Shown here in pieces: positions 35,633 to 45,019 of a DNA stretch of 64,000 bases. This DNA is from Lachnospiraceae bacterium (GTDB lineage: Bacteria > Pseudomonadota > Alphaproteobacteria > RF32 > CAG-239). The stretch spans positions 22,797 to 86,796 of the forward strand of contig CAVBCV010000003.1 in the NCBI GenBank assembly GCA_963594125.1, read 5' to 3'. The position numbers were made by a program, and so were the translations under genes. The notes beneath the pieces are model-generated. The model worked only from the letters and a program-made list of their open reading frames with translations. It was not told the DNA's origin and searched no databases. Within the stretch, counting starts at the first letter, position 1. Each line of letters begins with the position of its first letter.

Positions 35633-36145
35633 TTAAAGTACCTCCTCTAAGGTTTTGCTGATTAAATTTACAATTTCAGAATAATCTTTGTATTTACGCA
35701 CCACTAAGTTTTTGCTACGTTTAAGCGCGTCGGCAATGGCAAACCAATATTCTGATTTAATGGTATAAGCAGAATCTTCTTCTTGATAGAGCAGAATAAT
35801 CTGCTTGCCGGCATTTAGCGCCCAACCAAGTTCCACAATAGAGCCGACGGAAAAACTTTCGCCCAAAACCGCCGCAAAAATATCGCTGCTTAAAATAAAG
35901 TTATATTCAGCGTTAAGCACTTCATTGCAATCGGTTGAAGTAAAATTGCCGCCGGAAGCCTGCTCGCAATAAAACGGTCCCGCATATTCAAATTTGCCGC
36001 CGACAACCAAATTACGCTGATAATAGGTCAATAATTTAGAATCTTGCAAAAGTTTGGCGCGATAGTCTTCACTTAAAGCAGCGGATAAAGGCAATCCCTT
36101 TTGCTTGCTTTTATTAAATTTTCCGGCAAAATATACTTTTTTCAT
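35633..36145 (-). CDS. Nucleoside 2-deoxyribosyltransferase-like (NDT/DNPH1 fold) protein
   Basis: N-terminal KKVYFAGKF and late FSVGSIVELGWALNAGKQIILLY, typical of the NDT-like fold. The start at 36145 forms an ATGA overlap with the pnuC stop. Confidence 0.65.
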   Translation of the reverse strand: MKKVYFAGKFNKSKQKGLPLSAALSEDYRAKLLQDSKLLTYYQRNLVVGGKFEYAGPFYCEQASGGNFTSTDCNEVLNAEYNFILSSDIFAAVLGESFSVGSIVELGWALNAGKQIILLYQEEDSAYTIKSEYWFAIADALKRSKNLVVRKYKDYSEIVNLISKTLEEVL

Positions 36146-36699
36146 TTTACATTTCCTTTCATGAGTCTTAACCAATTAAAAAACGAGATTATCGCCATTA
36201 CCGTCCACACAATGTTTAAGCCCATTAAATAATAAGCCTGAGCCGGAAGCATGGCGTATTGCACTGTGTAGCAAAGGTCATTAACAAACCAGATAACCCA
36301 CGTATCCAGCTTTTTTCTGACCATATAATAAGTGGCGACAAATGAAGATACGGTGCTGAACGCGTCAATATGCGGCAGCGGGTCCGAAGTTTGTTTTAAA
36401 AACGCAAACAACACACCTGAGCTGACGGCGATTACTAAAACGTATATTAACCGCTCGGTTGATGAGCATTGCGTTATGGCGGTTTGTTTGTTGCTTTTCC
36501 ACAAAATCCACCCTGCGATACCCATAAACAGATATATGGTGTTGCTTAAAACATCGCCGTATAAATGGTTAAGATATGAAAAACAAATTAAACAGCCGAT
36601 TTGCGCAATATAAAACAACCAATTGCAACGCTTGTTTAAGAGCACAAAAAGCCCTTGCAACAATCCTAAGACTGTTGCGCATATTTCTAAAATTTGCAT
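36142..36699 (-). CDS. pnuC: PnuC-family nucleoside-type transporter (nicotinamide riboside transporter-like)
   Basis: 185 aa, about 7 TM helices. Conserved Trp/Asn pattern (NKRCNWLFY, GIAGWILW, WVIWFVNDL). Confidence 0.8.
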   Translation of the reverse strand: MQILEICATVLGLLQGLFVLLNKRCNWLFYIAQIGCLICFSYLNHLYGDVLSNTIYLFMGIAGWILWKSNKQTAITQCSSTERLIYVLVIAVSSGVLFAFLKQTSDPLPHIDAFSTVSSFVATYYMVRKKLDTWVIWFVNDLCYTVQYAMLPAQAYYLMGLNIVWTVMAIISFFNWLRLMKGNVK

Positions 36700-36707
36700 A
36701 GCGCCAC

Positions 36708-36764
36708 CTACCTTTGCATGATAAGCGGTGAAATGTAATGAAGTTTTTGACTGAATTTAGTCAT
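36708..36764 (-). other. 18-codon upstream ORF with strong SD in the pnuC leader (speculative leader peptide)
   Basis: AAGGAGA, 7 nt, then ATG ACT AAA ... TAG. It ends 8 nt before the pnuC ATG and encodes MTKFSQKLHYISPLIMQR. Confidence 0.25.
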
Positions 36765-36850
36765 AGATTTTCTCCTTGACAGCAGGTTAATTTATGGTTT
36801 GTCTCGCCTGTCCCTTCAAGACCCAAACCAACAAAAATCAAAGTTTGAAA

Positions 36851-37390
36851 TTATTCATCTTCATAAAAACTTTTTTGGATAAGCTCCAAATTTTCAGGAT
36901 GAACAAATTGTTTGTATCGGCTATCTTTGAGCGCAATCATATCACGCACCATATTTCCGGATAAAAACGGAAAATCTTGCGTGGTACGCGAGCAAACGCC
37001 AACATTCGGAACATCATTGGCAAAAAAGCGGTATTCGCTTTCATCGCCAACGTAAATAATATCCGGTTTGGGTTTGTCAGGCTCTTCTTTTTTTATGGTA
37101 TCCAAAACGTGTACATTCCACGGAATATTATTGACGTCTTTAACGCCGATAATCTTCAAACGTGAATAGGCTTCATTTTTGCGCCACACATTTTGTATCA
37201 TTTTTTTGCGAACAAAATAAGGCAGAGGATTTTTCTCGGTTCCGCTTTCTTGCGCGGCGGCAATCAAAACGGTTCCCCAAGCGCACTCTTCCATCATTTT
37301 TGTAATCAGTCTGTTATGCCCGATATGAAAAGGCTGACAGCGAATAATGCAAAAACCATGTTGATATTTAAACATAAAAAAACCTTTCAT
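36851..37390 (-). CDS. nadM: Nicotinamide-nucleotide adenylyltransferase, archaeal/NadM type
   Basis: 179 aa. Contains RCQPFHIGH (the GRxQPFHxGH nucleotidyltransferase motif), AAAQES....NPLPY and a late SGNMVRDM block. Confidence 0.75.
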   Translation of the reverse strand: MKGFFMFKYQHGFCIIRCQPFHIGHNRLITKMMEECAWGTVLIAAAQESGTEKNPLPYFVRKKMIQNVWRKNEAYSRLKIIGVKDVNNIPWNVHVLDTIKKEEPDKPKPDIIYVGDESEYRFFANDVPNVGVCSRTTQDFPFLSGNMVRDMIALKDSRYKQFVHPENLELIQKSFYEDE

Positions 37391-37601
37391 ACTGAAAGGC
37401 CACTCATCAAATGGGTATACTCCCCGCTTATATATTGATGACCGGCCAAGTCGTTAAAGTTCGTGCCTATTGCCCTCAAGCACCCGAACATAGGTAGAAT
37501 ATTATACCTAAAATCGCTTGTCAACAATTTTTTATTTGCGGCAATAAAAATAAAACTGGAAATTAAAAAAAATAAACGTAAAATAAAGGGCGGAGAGCAA
37601 A

Positions 37602-39323
37602 ATGTCATACGATTTATTGTTTGAAAAAGCTAATAATTTATATTTAACCGGCGCGCTTAATCAGGCGGAAGATTTATATCGGCAAATTTTAGAGGTTGTG
37701 CCCGAAAACCCTGATGTTTTAAATATGATGGGTTTGACTGCCCATGCCAAAGGCTGTTTTAGCGAGGCGTGCGAATATTTTTACAAGGCATTGCGGTTTG
37801 CTCCCCGTCATCTGCCGCTTTATTTTAACTTAGCGGTTTCATTAACGGCGGCGGAAAAATTACATGAGGCGGCAAACGCATATTTTGAAGTTATAAAATT
37901 AGATGCTAATATCAAAGAGGCTTATAATAATTTAGGCGGAATTTATGAAAGCTTAAATCAGCCGGAAAAAGCTAAAGAATATTACCGCAAGGCGCTTGAG
38001 CATGACCCCGCTTATTTGGAGCCATCGGTTAATTTGGCGGCGCTTGACCATGATGTTGCGGCGTTGCAAAGCCTCTGCGAGCAACACCCTGCATCTGCCC
38101 TGCCCGTATATTATTTGGCACTCATTAATTTTAAACAAAATAACCTTGCAGAGGCTGAGCAATATATAAAACTTGCGCAAAATCGGGATACCTCTTCTGC
38201 TGATATATATTTGCTTGCCGGAAATATTGCGTTAAAAATCAATAATACCGATGAGGCGGTCAAAGATTTTGCACAAGCCTTGCAAATTAACGGCAAATGC
38301 ATTCCGGCGCTGATTAATCTTGCCGCATTGACCGAAGATGAAAGCTTATACCGCAAAGCGCTTGATTTAGAACCGAACAATGCGGAAGCTCATGCCGGAT
38401 TGGCGGCTCTATTGTATAAACAAAAGCGCACCTTGGAAGCCTTGGAAGAGTACCGCCAGGCAGTTATTTTGAATCCGGATATGCCGGAAGTAAGCAATAA
38501 TTTAGCCTTAATTTTGAAAGATAGCGGCGATTATGAGCGCGCTGCCGATTTATTGCTGAACGCCATTAAACAAGCGCCGCAACAGACTGAATTTTCTATC
38601 AATTTAGCTGAAACGCTTACGCTTTTTTATGCTCAAAACCCGCAAGAGGCGTGCAAAATTGCCGAACAATGGCAAAAATTTGCCCCTGATAACGTATTTG
38701 CCAACCGCTTAGTTGCAGCATTTAACGGCAAAAACAGCACTGACGGCAAAGCATACACAGAAGCTTTGTTTGATGCATTTGCTGAAAATTATGAGCAGAC
38801 AATGCAAAATATTAATTACTCCGCCATTGCTAAATTAAAAGAATTGAACTTTGCGCCTATTGGCAAAGTGCTTGATTTAGGGTGCGGTACCGGATTAGTC
38901 GGGCAAGCATTTAAATCAACTAAAAACAGCTTTATCGGGGTTGACATCTCGCAAAAAATGTTAAATTTGGCGGCGAGCAAAGGTGTGTATGCTGATTTAA
39001 TTAAAGATGATATTGTTAATTTTTTAAGCTGCAATAAGCTGAGCTTTGACTTGTGTATTGCGCTTGATGTGGTTGAATATATTGATGATTTTGCCAAAGT
39101 GACAACTCTTATTAAAAACAAACCGTTTATTTTTACGATTGAAAATGCTCCTGATGAAGTGAGCAGCTATCAGCTTAATGCCAGCGGCAGATACCAACAC
39201 AATCCGCAATATATCCGCAAGCAGCTTACCGCCGCCGGATATAAAAATATTAAAGAACATCCTTTAATCTTGCGGCAGGAAAACGGCGCGGACGTAAACG
39301 GCACGCTGTTTTGGGCGGAATAA
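37602..39323 (+). CDS. TPR-repeat protein fused to a class I SAM-dependent methyltransferase
   Basis: 573 aa with many 34-aa TPR units (AYNNLGGIYE..). C-terminal VLDLGCGTGLVG motif I. Confidence 0.85.
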   Translation: MSYDLLFEKANNLYLTGALNQAEDLYRQILEVVPENPDVLNMMGLTAHAKGCFSEACEYFYKALRFAPRHLPLYFNLAVSLTAAEKLHEAANAYFEVIKLDANIKEAYNNLGGIYESLNQPEKAKEYYRKALEHDPAYLEPSVNLAALDHDVAALQSLCEQHPASALPVYYLALINFKQNNLAEAEQYIKLAQNRDTSSADIYLLAGNIALKINNTDEAVKDFAQALQINGKCIPALINLAALTEDESLYRKALDLEPNNAEAHAGLAALLYKQKRTLEALEEYRQAVILNPDMPEVSNNLALILKDSGDYERAADLLLNAIKQAPQQTEFSINLAETLTLFYAQNPQEACKIAEQWQKFAPDNVFANRLVAAFNGKNSTDGKAYTEALFDAFAENYEQTMQNINYSAIAKLKELNFAPIGKVLDLGCGTGLVGQAFKSTKNSFIGVDISQKMLNLAASKGVYADLIKDDIVNFLSCNKLSFDLCIALDVVEYIDDFAKVTTLIKNKPFIFTIENAPDEVSSYQLNASGRYQHNPQYIRKQLTAAGYKNIKEHPLILRQENGADVNGTLFWAE

Positions 39324-39338
39324 AATTAAAGTATTGCC

Positions 39339-40067
39339 TTAATAAAAGTTTTTATCGCCTTTAATGCGCTTGCTCGGGCGCATATCTATCAGTTTACCGT
39401 CTTTGAGCATAACCTGTCTATCCATTTTGGCGGCAAGCTCCAAATTATGAGTGGCGATTAAGGCGGAAAGTCCGGTTTCTTTAACAATATCAAGCAAGGC
39501 AAAAAACACATTGTCGGAAGTGTGCGGGTCTAAGTTGCCGGTTGGCTCGTCTGCCAATAATAATTTGGGCGTGTTAGCCAAAGCGCGGGCAATAGCCACT
39601 CTTTGCTGTTCGCCGCCCGAAAGCTCAGCCGGACGATGGGTTATTCTTTCTTTTAAACCCAAACGCGAGAGCAGCCATTCGGCTTTTTCAGCGGATTCTT
39701 TGGTATTTTTACCGGCAATCAGCTGAGGAATCATCACATTTTCAAGCGCGTTAAAATCAGGCAATAAATTATGATATTGATACACAAAGCCCAAATAATC
39801 ACGGCGCAAAACGGTACGAACCCCGTCATCGGCTTTGGAGCAATCTTCACCGTCAAGAAAAATTTGCCCTGATGACGGCTTGTCTAACAATCCGGCAATT
39901 TGCAGCAAGGTAGACTTACCGGAACCGGAAGGTCCGATTAACGCTACCACCTCATTGGCGGCAATATTTAAGTCAACACCTTTTAAAACCTCAAGTTTTT
40001 GCTCACCCTGATAATAGTGTTTGCAAATTTCTTTTAATTGCATGGTGTGTACGATTTTATTACTCAT
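39339..40067 (-). CDS. lolD: Lipoprotein-releasing ABC transporter ATP-binding protein
   Basis: Contains GPSGSGKST, LSGGEQQRVAIARAL and LLADEPTGNLD. The start at 40067 overlaps the upstream permease stop by 8 nt. Confidence 0.9.
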   Translation of the reverse strand: MSNKIVHTMQLKEICKHYYQGEQKLEVLKGVDLNIAANEVVALIGPSGSGKSTLLQIAGLLDKPSSGQIFLDGEDCSKADDGVRTVLRRDYLGFVYQYHNLLPDFNALENVMIPQLIAGKNTKESAEKAEWLLSRLGLKERITHRPAELSGGEQQRVAIARALANTPKLLLADEPTGNLDPHTSDNVFFALLDIVKETGLSALIATHNLELAAKMDRQVMLKDGKLIDMRPSKRIKGDKNFY

Positions 40068-41307
40068 AACGCAAGGCCTCCACCGGATCAAATTTTGCGG
40101 CGCGATACGCCGGATAGATTGTGGCTAAAAATGAGAGCAACAGCGAAACTCCGGCCACAACCCCAACTTCAGTCCAGTCCATTTTGGCCGGAAGTTTGGA
40201 TAGAAAATAAATTTCAGCCGAAAACAGTTCGCGACCGGATAATCCTTCCAAAAACTGGCGGATAGAATCAATATTTTCACAAAAAACAACGCCTAAGCCT
40301 AAGCCGATAAGTGTTCCGACCACGCCGATAAACGCGCCGTCCATGAAAAAGATACGCATAATCATACCTTTGGTTGCGCCCATAGTGCGCAGAACCGCAA
40401 CATCGCGCCCTTTGTCTTTAACCAGCATAATTAAGCCGGTAATAATGTTAAACGCCGCCACTAATATAATCAAAGTCAAAATTAAAAACATAACGTTGCG
40501 TTCAACGTCAATAGCATTAAAAAAGGCGGAATTGCTTTGCTTCCAGTCATAAACATAACCATCGTAACCGATACTTTGCTCAATAATTTCACGAATATCC
40601 GCCAAATCTTCATCATGCAGCAAGGTAACATCTATCTGTGTTGCCGCTTCCGGCAGGCTGAAATAAGTTTGCGCGGCTTCCAGCGGCATAAATAAATGAG
40701 TGGCGTCATATTCATACATGCCGACATTAAAAGTGCCTAAAACCTGATAAGTTTTCATTCTGGGCACGGTGCCGAACGCCGTTACTTTGCCGTTAGGCGA
40801 AATAAGCGTAATTTCATCACCGGCAATAACGCCCATTTTGTTTGCTAAGCGCTCGCCTAAAATAACCTTGTTGCCGGTAAATTGTTCAACGTCAACACCG
40901 GCAAGTCCGTTGCGGACAACTTGTTTTTTAAGTAAATCTTCTTTGCTGATACCGCGCACAATAGCGCCTTCCGCAGTGCCGCCGCCGGAGATAAGAAGTT
41001 GTTTTTCAATCATCGGAATAGCGAGCTTAACGCCGTCTATTTTTTCAATATCCGTCACCGCGGTTTTATAATCGGTAAACGGAAAGCCTTGCGCGGCAAC
41101 AATAGTTATATGTCCGTTAATACCTAGTATGCGCGACAACAATTCGCTTTTAAACCCGTTCATTACCGCCATAACGATAATTAAAGTGGCAACGCCTAAA
41201 GCAATACCGGTAAATGCAAACCCCGTAATTACCGAGATAAAGCCTTCTTTGCGCTTGGCTCTTAAATAACGTCCGGCAACCATTCGTTCAAATTTTGAAA
41301 AAATCAT
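40060..41307 (-). CDS. Lipoprotein-releasing system permease, LolC/LolE family
   Basis: 415 aa. MacB-like FtsX topology. N-terminal RYLRAKRKEGFIS and C-terminal YPAYRAAK.DPVEALRYE. Confidence 0.9.
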   Translation of the reverse strand: MIFSKFERMVAGRYLRAKRKEGFISVITGFAFTGIALGVATLIIVMAVMNGFKSELLSRILGINGHITIVAAQGFPFTDYKTAVTDIEKIDGVKLAIPMIEKQLLISGGGTAEGAIVRGISKEDLLKKQVVRNGLAGVDVEQFTGNKVILGERLANKMGVIAGDEITLISPNGKVTAFGTVPRMKTYQVLGTFNVGMYEYDATHLFMPLEAAQTYFSLPEAATQIDVTLLHDEDLADIREIIEQSIGYDGYVYDWKQSNSAFFNAIDVERNVMFLILTLIILVAAFNIITGLIMLVKDKGRDVAVLRTMGATKGMIMRIFFMDGAFIGVVGTLIGLGLGVVFCENIDSIRQFLEGLSGRELFSAEIYFLSKLPAKMDWTEVGVVAGVSLLLSFLATIYPAYRAAKFDPVEALRYE

Positions 41308-41362
41308 TTATTTTTCTCCCTACCCTGATTGTAACGGGGCTGTTGGCGATTTACAAGTAAAA

Positions 41363-42499
41363 CTATTTAAACAAGTCTTTAATTTTGTTAAAAAAGCTTT
41401 TTATTTCAGGCTGGCAGTTATTATCCTCGCTTAAACTGCGGAATTCTTCCAAAAGCTCCTTTTCACGCGGGGACAAATTGGTCGGGGTAACTACTTTTAA
41501 AATCACATACAAATCACCGCGTTTGTCTTGATTCATAATGCTCATACCCTCGCCTTTAACGCGGAGTTTGCTGCCGGTTTGAGTTCCTGCCGGAATAGAG
41601 AGCTCTACCTTTTTGCCGTCTATGCCCGGAATTTCCATTTTACCGCCTAACGCGGCGCACACCATTGAAACCGGCACCGCCGTATATAAGTCTTTGTTAT
41701 CGCGCTCATAAAGTTTGTGGTCTTTAATAGTTACATAAACATACAAATCGCCTTTTTCACCGCCGCGTTTTCCGGCTTCACCGGCGCCGGTAATACGCAT
41801 GCGCACATTATTTTCCATACCGGCGGGAATTTTAACTTTCAGTGATTTTTCAACTCTTATTGCGCCTTTACCGCCGCATTCTTTGCATTTGTCTTTAACT
41901 ATGCGCCCTTCGCCATGGCATTCAGGGCATACGGTTTCAAAAAACAAAAAGCCGCCGCGATTGCTTCTTACTTTGCCGCTGCCGTGACAGGTTGGGCAAA
42001 CCGGAGCTTCTTTACCATCGGCAGTGCCGAACCCATTGCATTTTTCGCACGGTTCCGTGGTTTTGATTTTAATTTCTTTTTCAACGCCGGTAAAAGCTTC
42101 TTCTAAGCTGATTTCAAGATTATAGGTTAAATCAGCGCCGCGCACCGCGCCATTACTGCCGCGTGGTCTGCCGCCGCCCATAAAGTCAGAGAAAATATTG
42201 GAAAAAATATCGGATAAATCCTCAGCATTCATACCAAAACCGGCGCCGAACGGATTGCCGCCGCCCATACCGCCCTGAAAAGCCTGCGCGCCGTACCGGT
42301 CATAAGCCGCGCGTTTTTGGTCATCTTTTAAAACCTCATAAGCTTCGTTAATTTCTTTAAACTTTTGTTCGGCTTCTTTATCACCGGGGTTGCGGTCAGG
42401 GTGATATTTCATCGCCAATTTTCTGAACGCGGTTTTAATTTCATCACCGCTCGCATCTTTGCTAACTTCCAAAAGTTCGTAATAATCTTTTTCCGTCAT
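41363..42499 (-). CDS. dnaJ: Molecular chaperone DnaJ
   Basis: J domain with HPDRNPGD, a G/F-rich region, and four CxxCxGxG zinc-finger repeats. Confidence 0.97.
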   Translation of the reverse strand: MTEKDYYELLEVSKDASGDEIKTAFRKLAMKYHPDRNPGDKEAEQKFKEINEAYEVLKDDQKRAAYDRYGAQAFQGGMGGGNPFGAGFGMNAEDLSDIFSNIFSDFMGGGRPRGSNGAVRGADLTYNLEISLEEAFTGVEKEIKIKTTEPCEKCNGFGTADGKEAPVCPTCHGSGKVRSNRGGFLFFETVCPECHGEGRIVKDKCKECGGKGAIRVEKSLKVKIPAGMENNVRMRITGAGEAGKRGGEKGDLYVYVTIKDHKLYERDNKDLYTAVPVSMVCAALGGKMEIPGIDGKKVELSIPAGTQTGSKLRVKGEGMSIMNQDKRGDLYVILKVVTPTNLSPREKELLEEFRSLSEDNNCQPEIKSFFNKIKDLFK

Positions 42500-42508
42500 T
42501 TTTTATCT

Positions 42509-43399
42509 CTATTTGTTTCCGGTTGATTTAGGACTAACCCACATATTGCCTTTACGTAAAAATTCAGGCAGTTCTTTTAATGAAGAAGCGCCCGCCGCTT
42601 TGGCATGCCCGCCGCCGCCGAATTTTTCCGCCACTTTTGAAACGTCTACACTATCTTTGGCAGTGTAAAACGACAAATTCCAACAGTTTTTCTTATTCAT
42701 GAAAAAGTTTACCATCATATCGTAATCTTTAACATTGTCTAAGGAGTCATAAAACTCCGAATAGCCTTGCGGTATATTGGCGCAAATACACTTTAAGCCT
42801 TGATATTCGCTTTCAAACGCTTCTGCCCGCGCTAAACGAAAATTGCGATTGCGGATATACGATAAAATCGCCTTGCCTTTTTCCACCATTTCCGTAACGT
42901 CAAGCGTATCATTAATCAGTTCAGACCAGATTTTATCGGTCGGACGGTTGACGCCTAAAGCCTGCATGGCATATTCAAACGGGCGCACTCGCTTGTCGCG
43001 CAAGTCAAACACATCATTTAAGCCTAACAGTTTTATGCCAAGCGGCAGCGGACGGTCAGGATAAAAATATTCCCATGTCAACATCAGCGCCGCCGTGCCT
43101 ACGCGGCGAATACCTTTTATCGGCTCATGCGCTCCTTCTTTAATAGCTTTTTCATACTGCTCAATTACGGAAACATGATGGTCAATCCAGGTAAAATCGC
43201 GGCTTTGGCTCAGTTCAAACATAAAATCAAGCGGGAGCGCAAAATCGCAAACAATTATTTGGTCATGCTTAGCAATTTCATCATACGGAATTTCCATATC
43301 GTGATTAAGCCCCATCAGCTCTGTTTCAGGGTAAACACTCTTTACAATCGCGGCGGAACCTTTTCCGTCATGGTCGGCAATATGATATATACAAAGCAT
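42509..43399 (-). CDS. DHH/DHHA1 family phosphoesterase
   Basis: Contains HIADHDG, IDHH and C-terminal GGGHAKAAG. Confidence 0.7.
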   Translation of the reverse strand: MLCIYHIADHDGKGSAAIVKSVYPETELMGLNHDMEIPYDEIAKHDQIIVCDFALPLDFMFELSQSRDFTWIDHHVSVIEQYEKAIKEGAHEPIKGIRRVGTAALMLTWEYFYPDRPLPLGIKLLGLNDVFDLRDKRVRPFEYAMQALGVNRPTDKIWSELINDTLDVTEMVEKGKAILSYIRNRNFRLARAEAFESEYQGLKCICANIPQGYSEFYDSLDNVKDYDMMVNFFMNKKNCWNLSFYTAKDSVDVSKVAEKFGGGGHAKAAGASSLKELPEFLRKGNMWVSPKSTGNK

Positions 43400-43416
43400 T
43401 ACATCTTCCTTTCCTG

Positions 43417-44202
43417 TTAAAACTCAACCGTCATGTTATCATAAGCGGGATAAACGTTATCCGGCGTCAGATTATTAATATTATCATAATCACATTCAAC
43501 CGCCATGTGGTTAATAACGGTTTTGCGCGGATTTATGATTTTGACGTATTCCAGCAGCTGATTTAGCCCCATGTGCGAGGGCTGAGGTATAAGCGTGGTA
43601 AGAGGCATAACCAAAACTTCAGGCTGTTTGGTAATCAGCTTTAATCCGGCATCGGAAATTTTTTTACAGTCAGCAATATAAACCAACCTGCCGTCGTCAA
43701 TAATATAACCGGTAGAATGAACGGGGTGTCCTTCTAATGAAATCGGCACAATTTTAACATCGTTAACATAAAATTCTTTGCCCTCTTCAATAGTGTGAAT
43801 ATCCAAACTCGGGAAAAACACCGGATTATTCATGTGAGTTTTATCGGCGACCAAATAAGAAAAGCGCTGTTTGATAATATCTGAAGTTTGGCTATTGGCA
43901 TAAACGTCAAGCGGGCGCAGTAAAATGCGGTTTAAATCGCGTAAATCGTCAATGCCGTGCAAATGGTCGGCATGTCCGTGCGTATACAGCACCGCGTCAA
44001 GAAAACGAATATTATTGTTTAACAAGTGCATACGCACGTCAGGCGATGTATCAATTAAAATTTTTGTAGAACGTATTTCCAAATATACACCGGTACGAGT
44101 GCGGCGGTTTTTAGGATTATCAGGGTTGCAATCGCCCCACCCGTTGGCAATGGCCGGAACTCCGGGAGCTGCTCCGCTGCCCATTATTACAAGTTTGCTC
44201 AT
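43417..44202 (-). CDS. MBL-fold metallo-hydrolase
   Basis: Contains THGHADHLHG (HxHxDH). Confidence 0.85.
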   Translation of the reverse strand: MSKLVIMGSGAAPGVPAIANGWGDCNPDNPKNRRTRTGVYLEIRSTKILIDTSPDVRMHLLNNNIRFLDAVLYTHGHADHLHGIDDLRDLNRILLRPLDVYANSQTSDIIKQRFSYLVADKTHMNNPVFFPSLDIHTIEEGKEFYVNDVKIVPISLEGHPVHSTGYIIDDGRLVYIADCKKISDAGLKLITKQPEVLVMPLTTLIPQPSHMGLNQLLEYVKIINPRKTVINHMAVECDYDNINNLTPDNVYPAYDNMTVEF

Positions 44203-44230
44203 CTGTCTTTGTCTTTCTTTATTTTTTTAT

Positions 44231-45019
44231 TTACAGTATTCTTAAACTTTGCGCCTTTTTAAACAACTTAAAAAAGTTGTTAGTAGTTATAGCTGATATA
44301 TTAATAAAATCAAGACCTTTTATTTTAGCCAAACATTCTGCCGTATGCACCATAAACGACGGCTCGTTGACTTTGCCGCGTAACGGAATCGGCGCCAAAT
44401 ACGGGCTGTCGGTTTCAAGCAGCAACCTTTCTTCCGGCACTTTGGCAAATGAGGTTCGCAATTCTTCTGAGTTTTTGAAGGTTATAATTCCCGATGCCGA
44501 AACATAAAAGCCTATATCAAGCAAGGCAGAAGCCAACTTCCATGCGGAAGAATAGCAGTGCAAAACGCCGGTAAAGGGCTTTTGTTGATAGGCATCAGTT
44601 AAAATTTCCGCGGTATCATCTTCCGCCTCGCGGCTATGAATAATTATCGGCAACCCGCTTTGCTGCGCCGCGGCAATCATCTTTTTAAGCACTTTAATTT
44701 GCACGTCTTTGGGGCTGAAATCATAAAAATAATCAAGCCCGCACTCGCCGATTGCCACCACTTGCGGCAATAAAGTGTTTTTCAGCACATCTTCAGTCGT
44801 TACATGTTCGTAATCAGCCGCGTCATGCGGGTGCACGCCGGTGACGGTTACAGTCTCGGGATATTTTTTGCAAATTTCCAACTGGCGCGGCAGTTCGTCA
44901 AACTTACCGCCGGCATTTAATATATATTGCACTCCGGCTTCATGGGCGCGCTTTATAACGCCATCTAAATCAGCGTAAATTTCATCAGAGCCTAAATGGC
45001 AATGGCTATCGGTTAACAT
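44231..45019 (-). CDS. tatD: TatD family deoxyribonuclease (YcfH-like)
   Basis: Contains LTDSHCHL, GECGLDY and LLLETDSPYL. The start at 45019 overlaps the holB stop (TAATG). Confidence 0.9.
   Translation of the reverse strand: MLTDSHCHLGSDEIYADLDGVIKRAHEAGVQYILNAGGKFDELPRQLEICKKYPETVTVTGVHPHDAADYEHVTTEDVLKNTLLPQVVAIGECGLDYFYDFSPKDVQIKVLKKMIAAAQQSGLPIIIHSREAEDDTAEILTDAYQQKPFTGVLHCYSSAWKLASALLDIGFYVSASGIITFKNSEELRTSFAKVPEERLLLETDSPYLAPIPLRGKVNEPSFMVHTAECLAKIKGLDFINISAITTNNFFKLFKKAQSLRIL

Noticed and set aside
36700-36850. Assignment of the pnuC leader to the NAD+-II (pnuC motif) or preQ1 riboswitch classes
   Set aside because: I could not align the conserved loop or tail nucleotides of those classes to this sequence by eye. 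It is kept only as an unclassified candidate.
37387-37608. 73-aa minus-strand ORF spanning the nadM / TPR-methyltransferase intergenic region
   Set aside because: It has no SD sequence. It runs through the divergent promoter region and the putative structured leader. It reads as hydrophobic junk from an AT-rich spacer.
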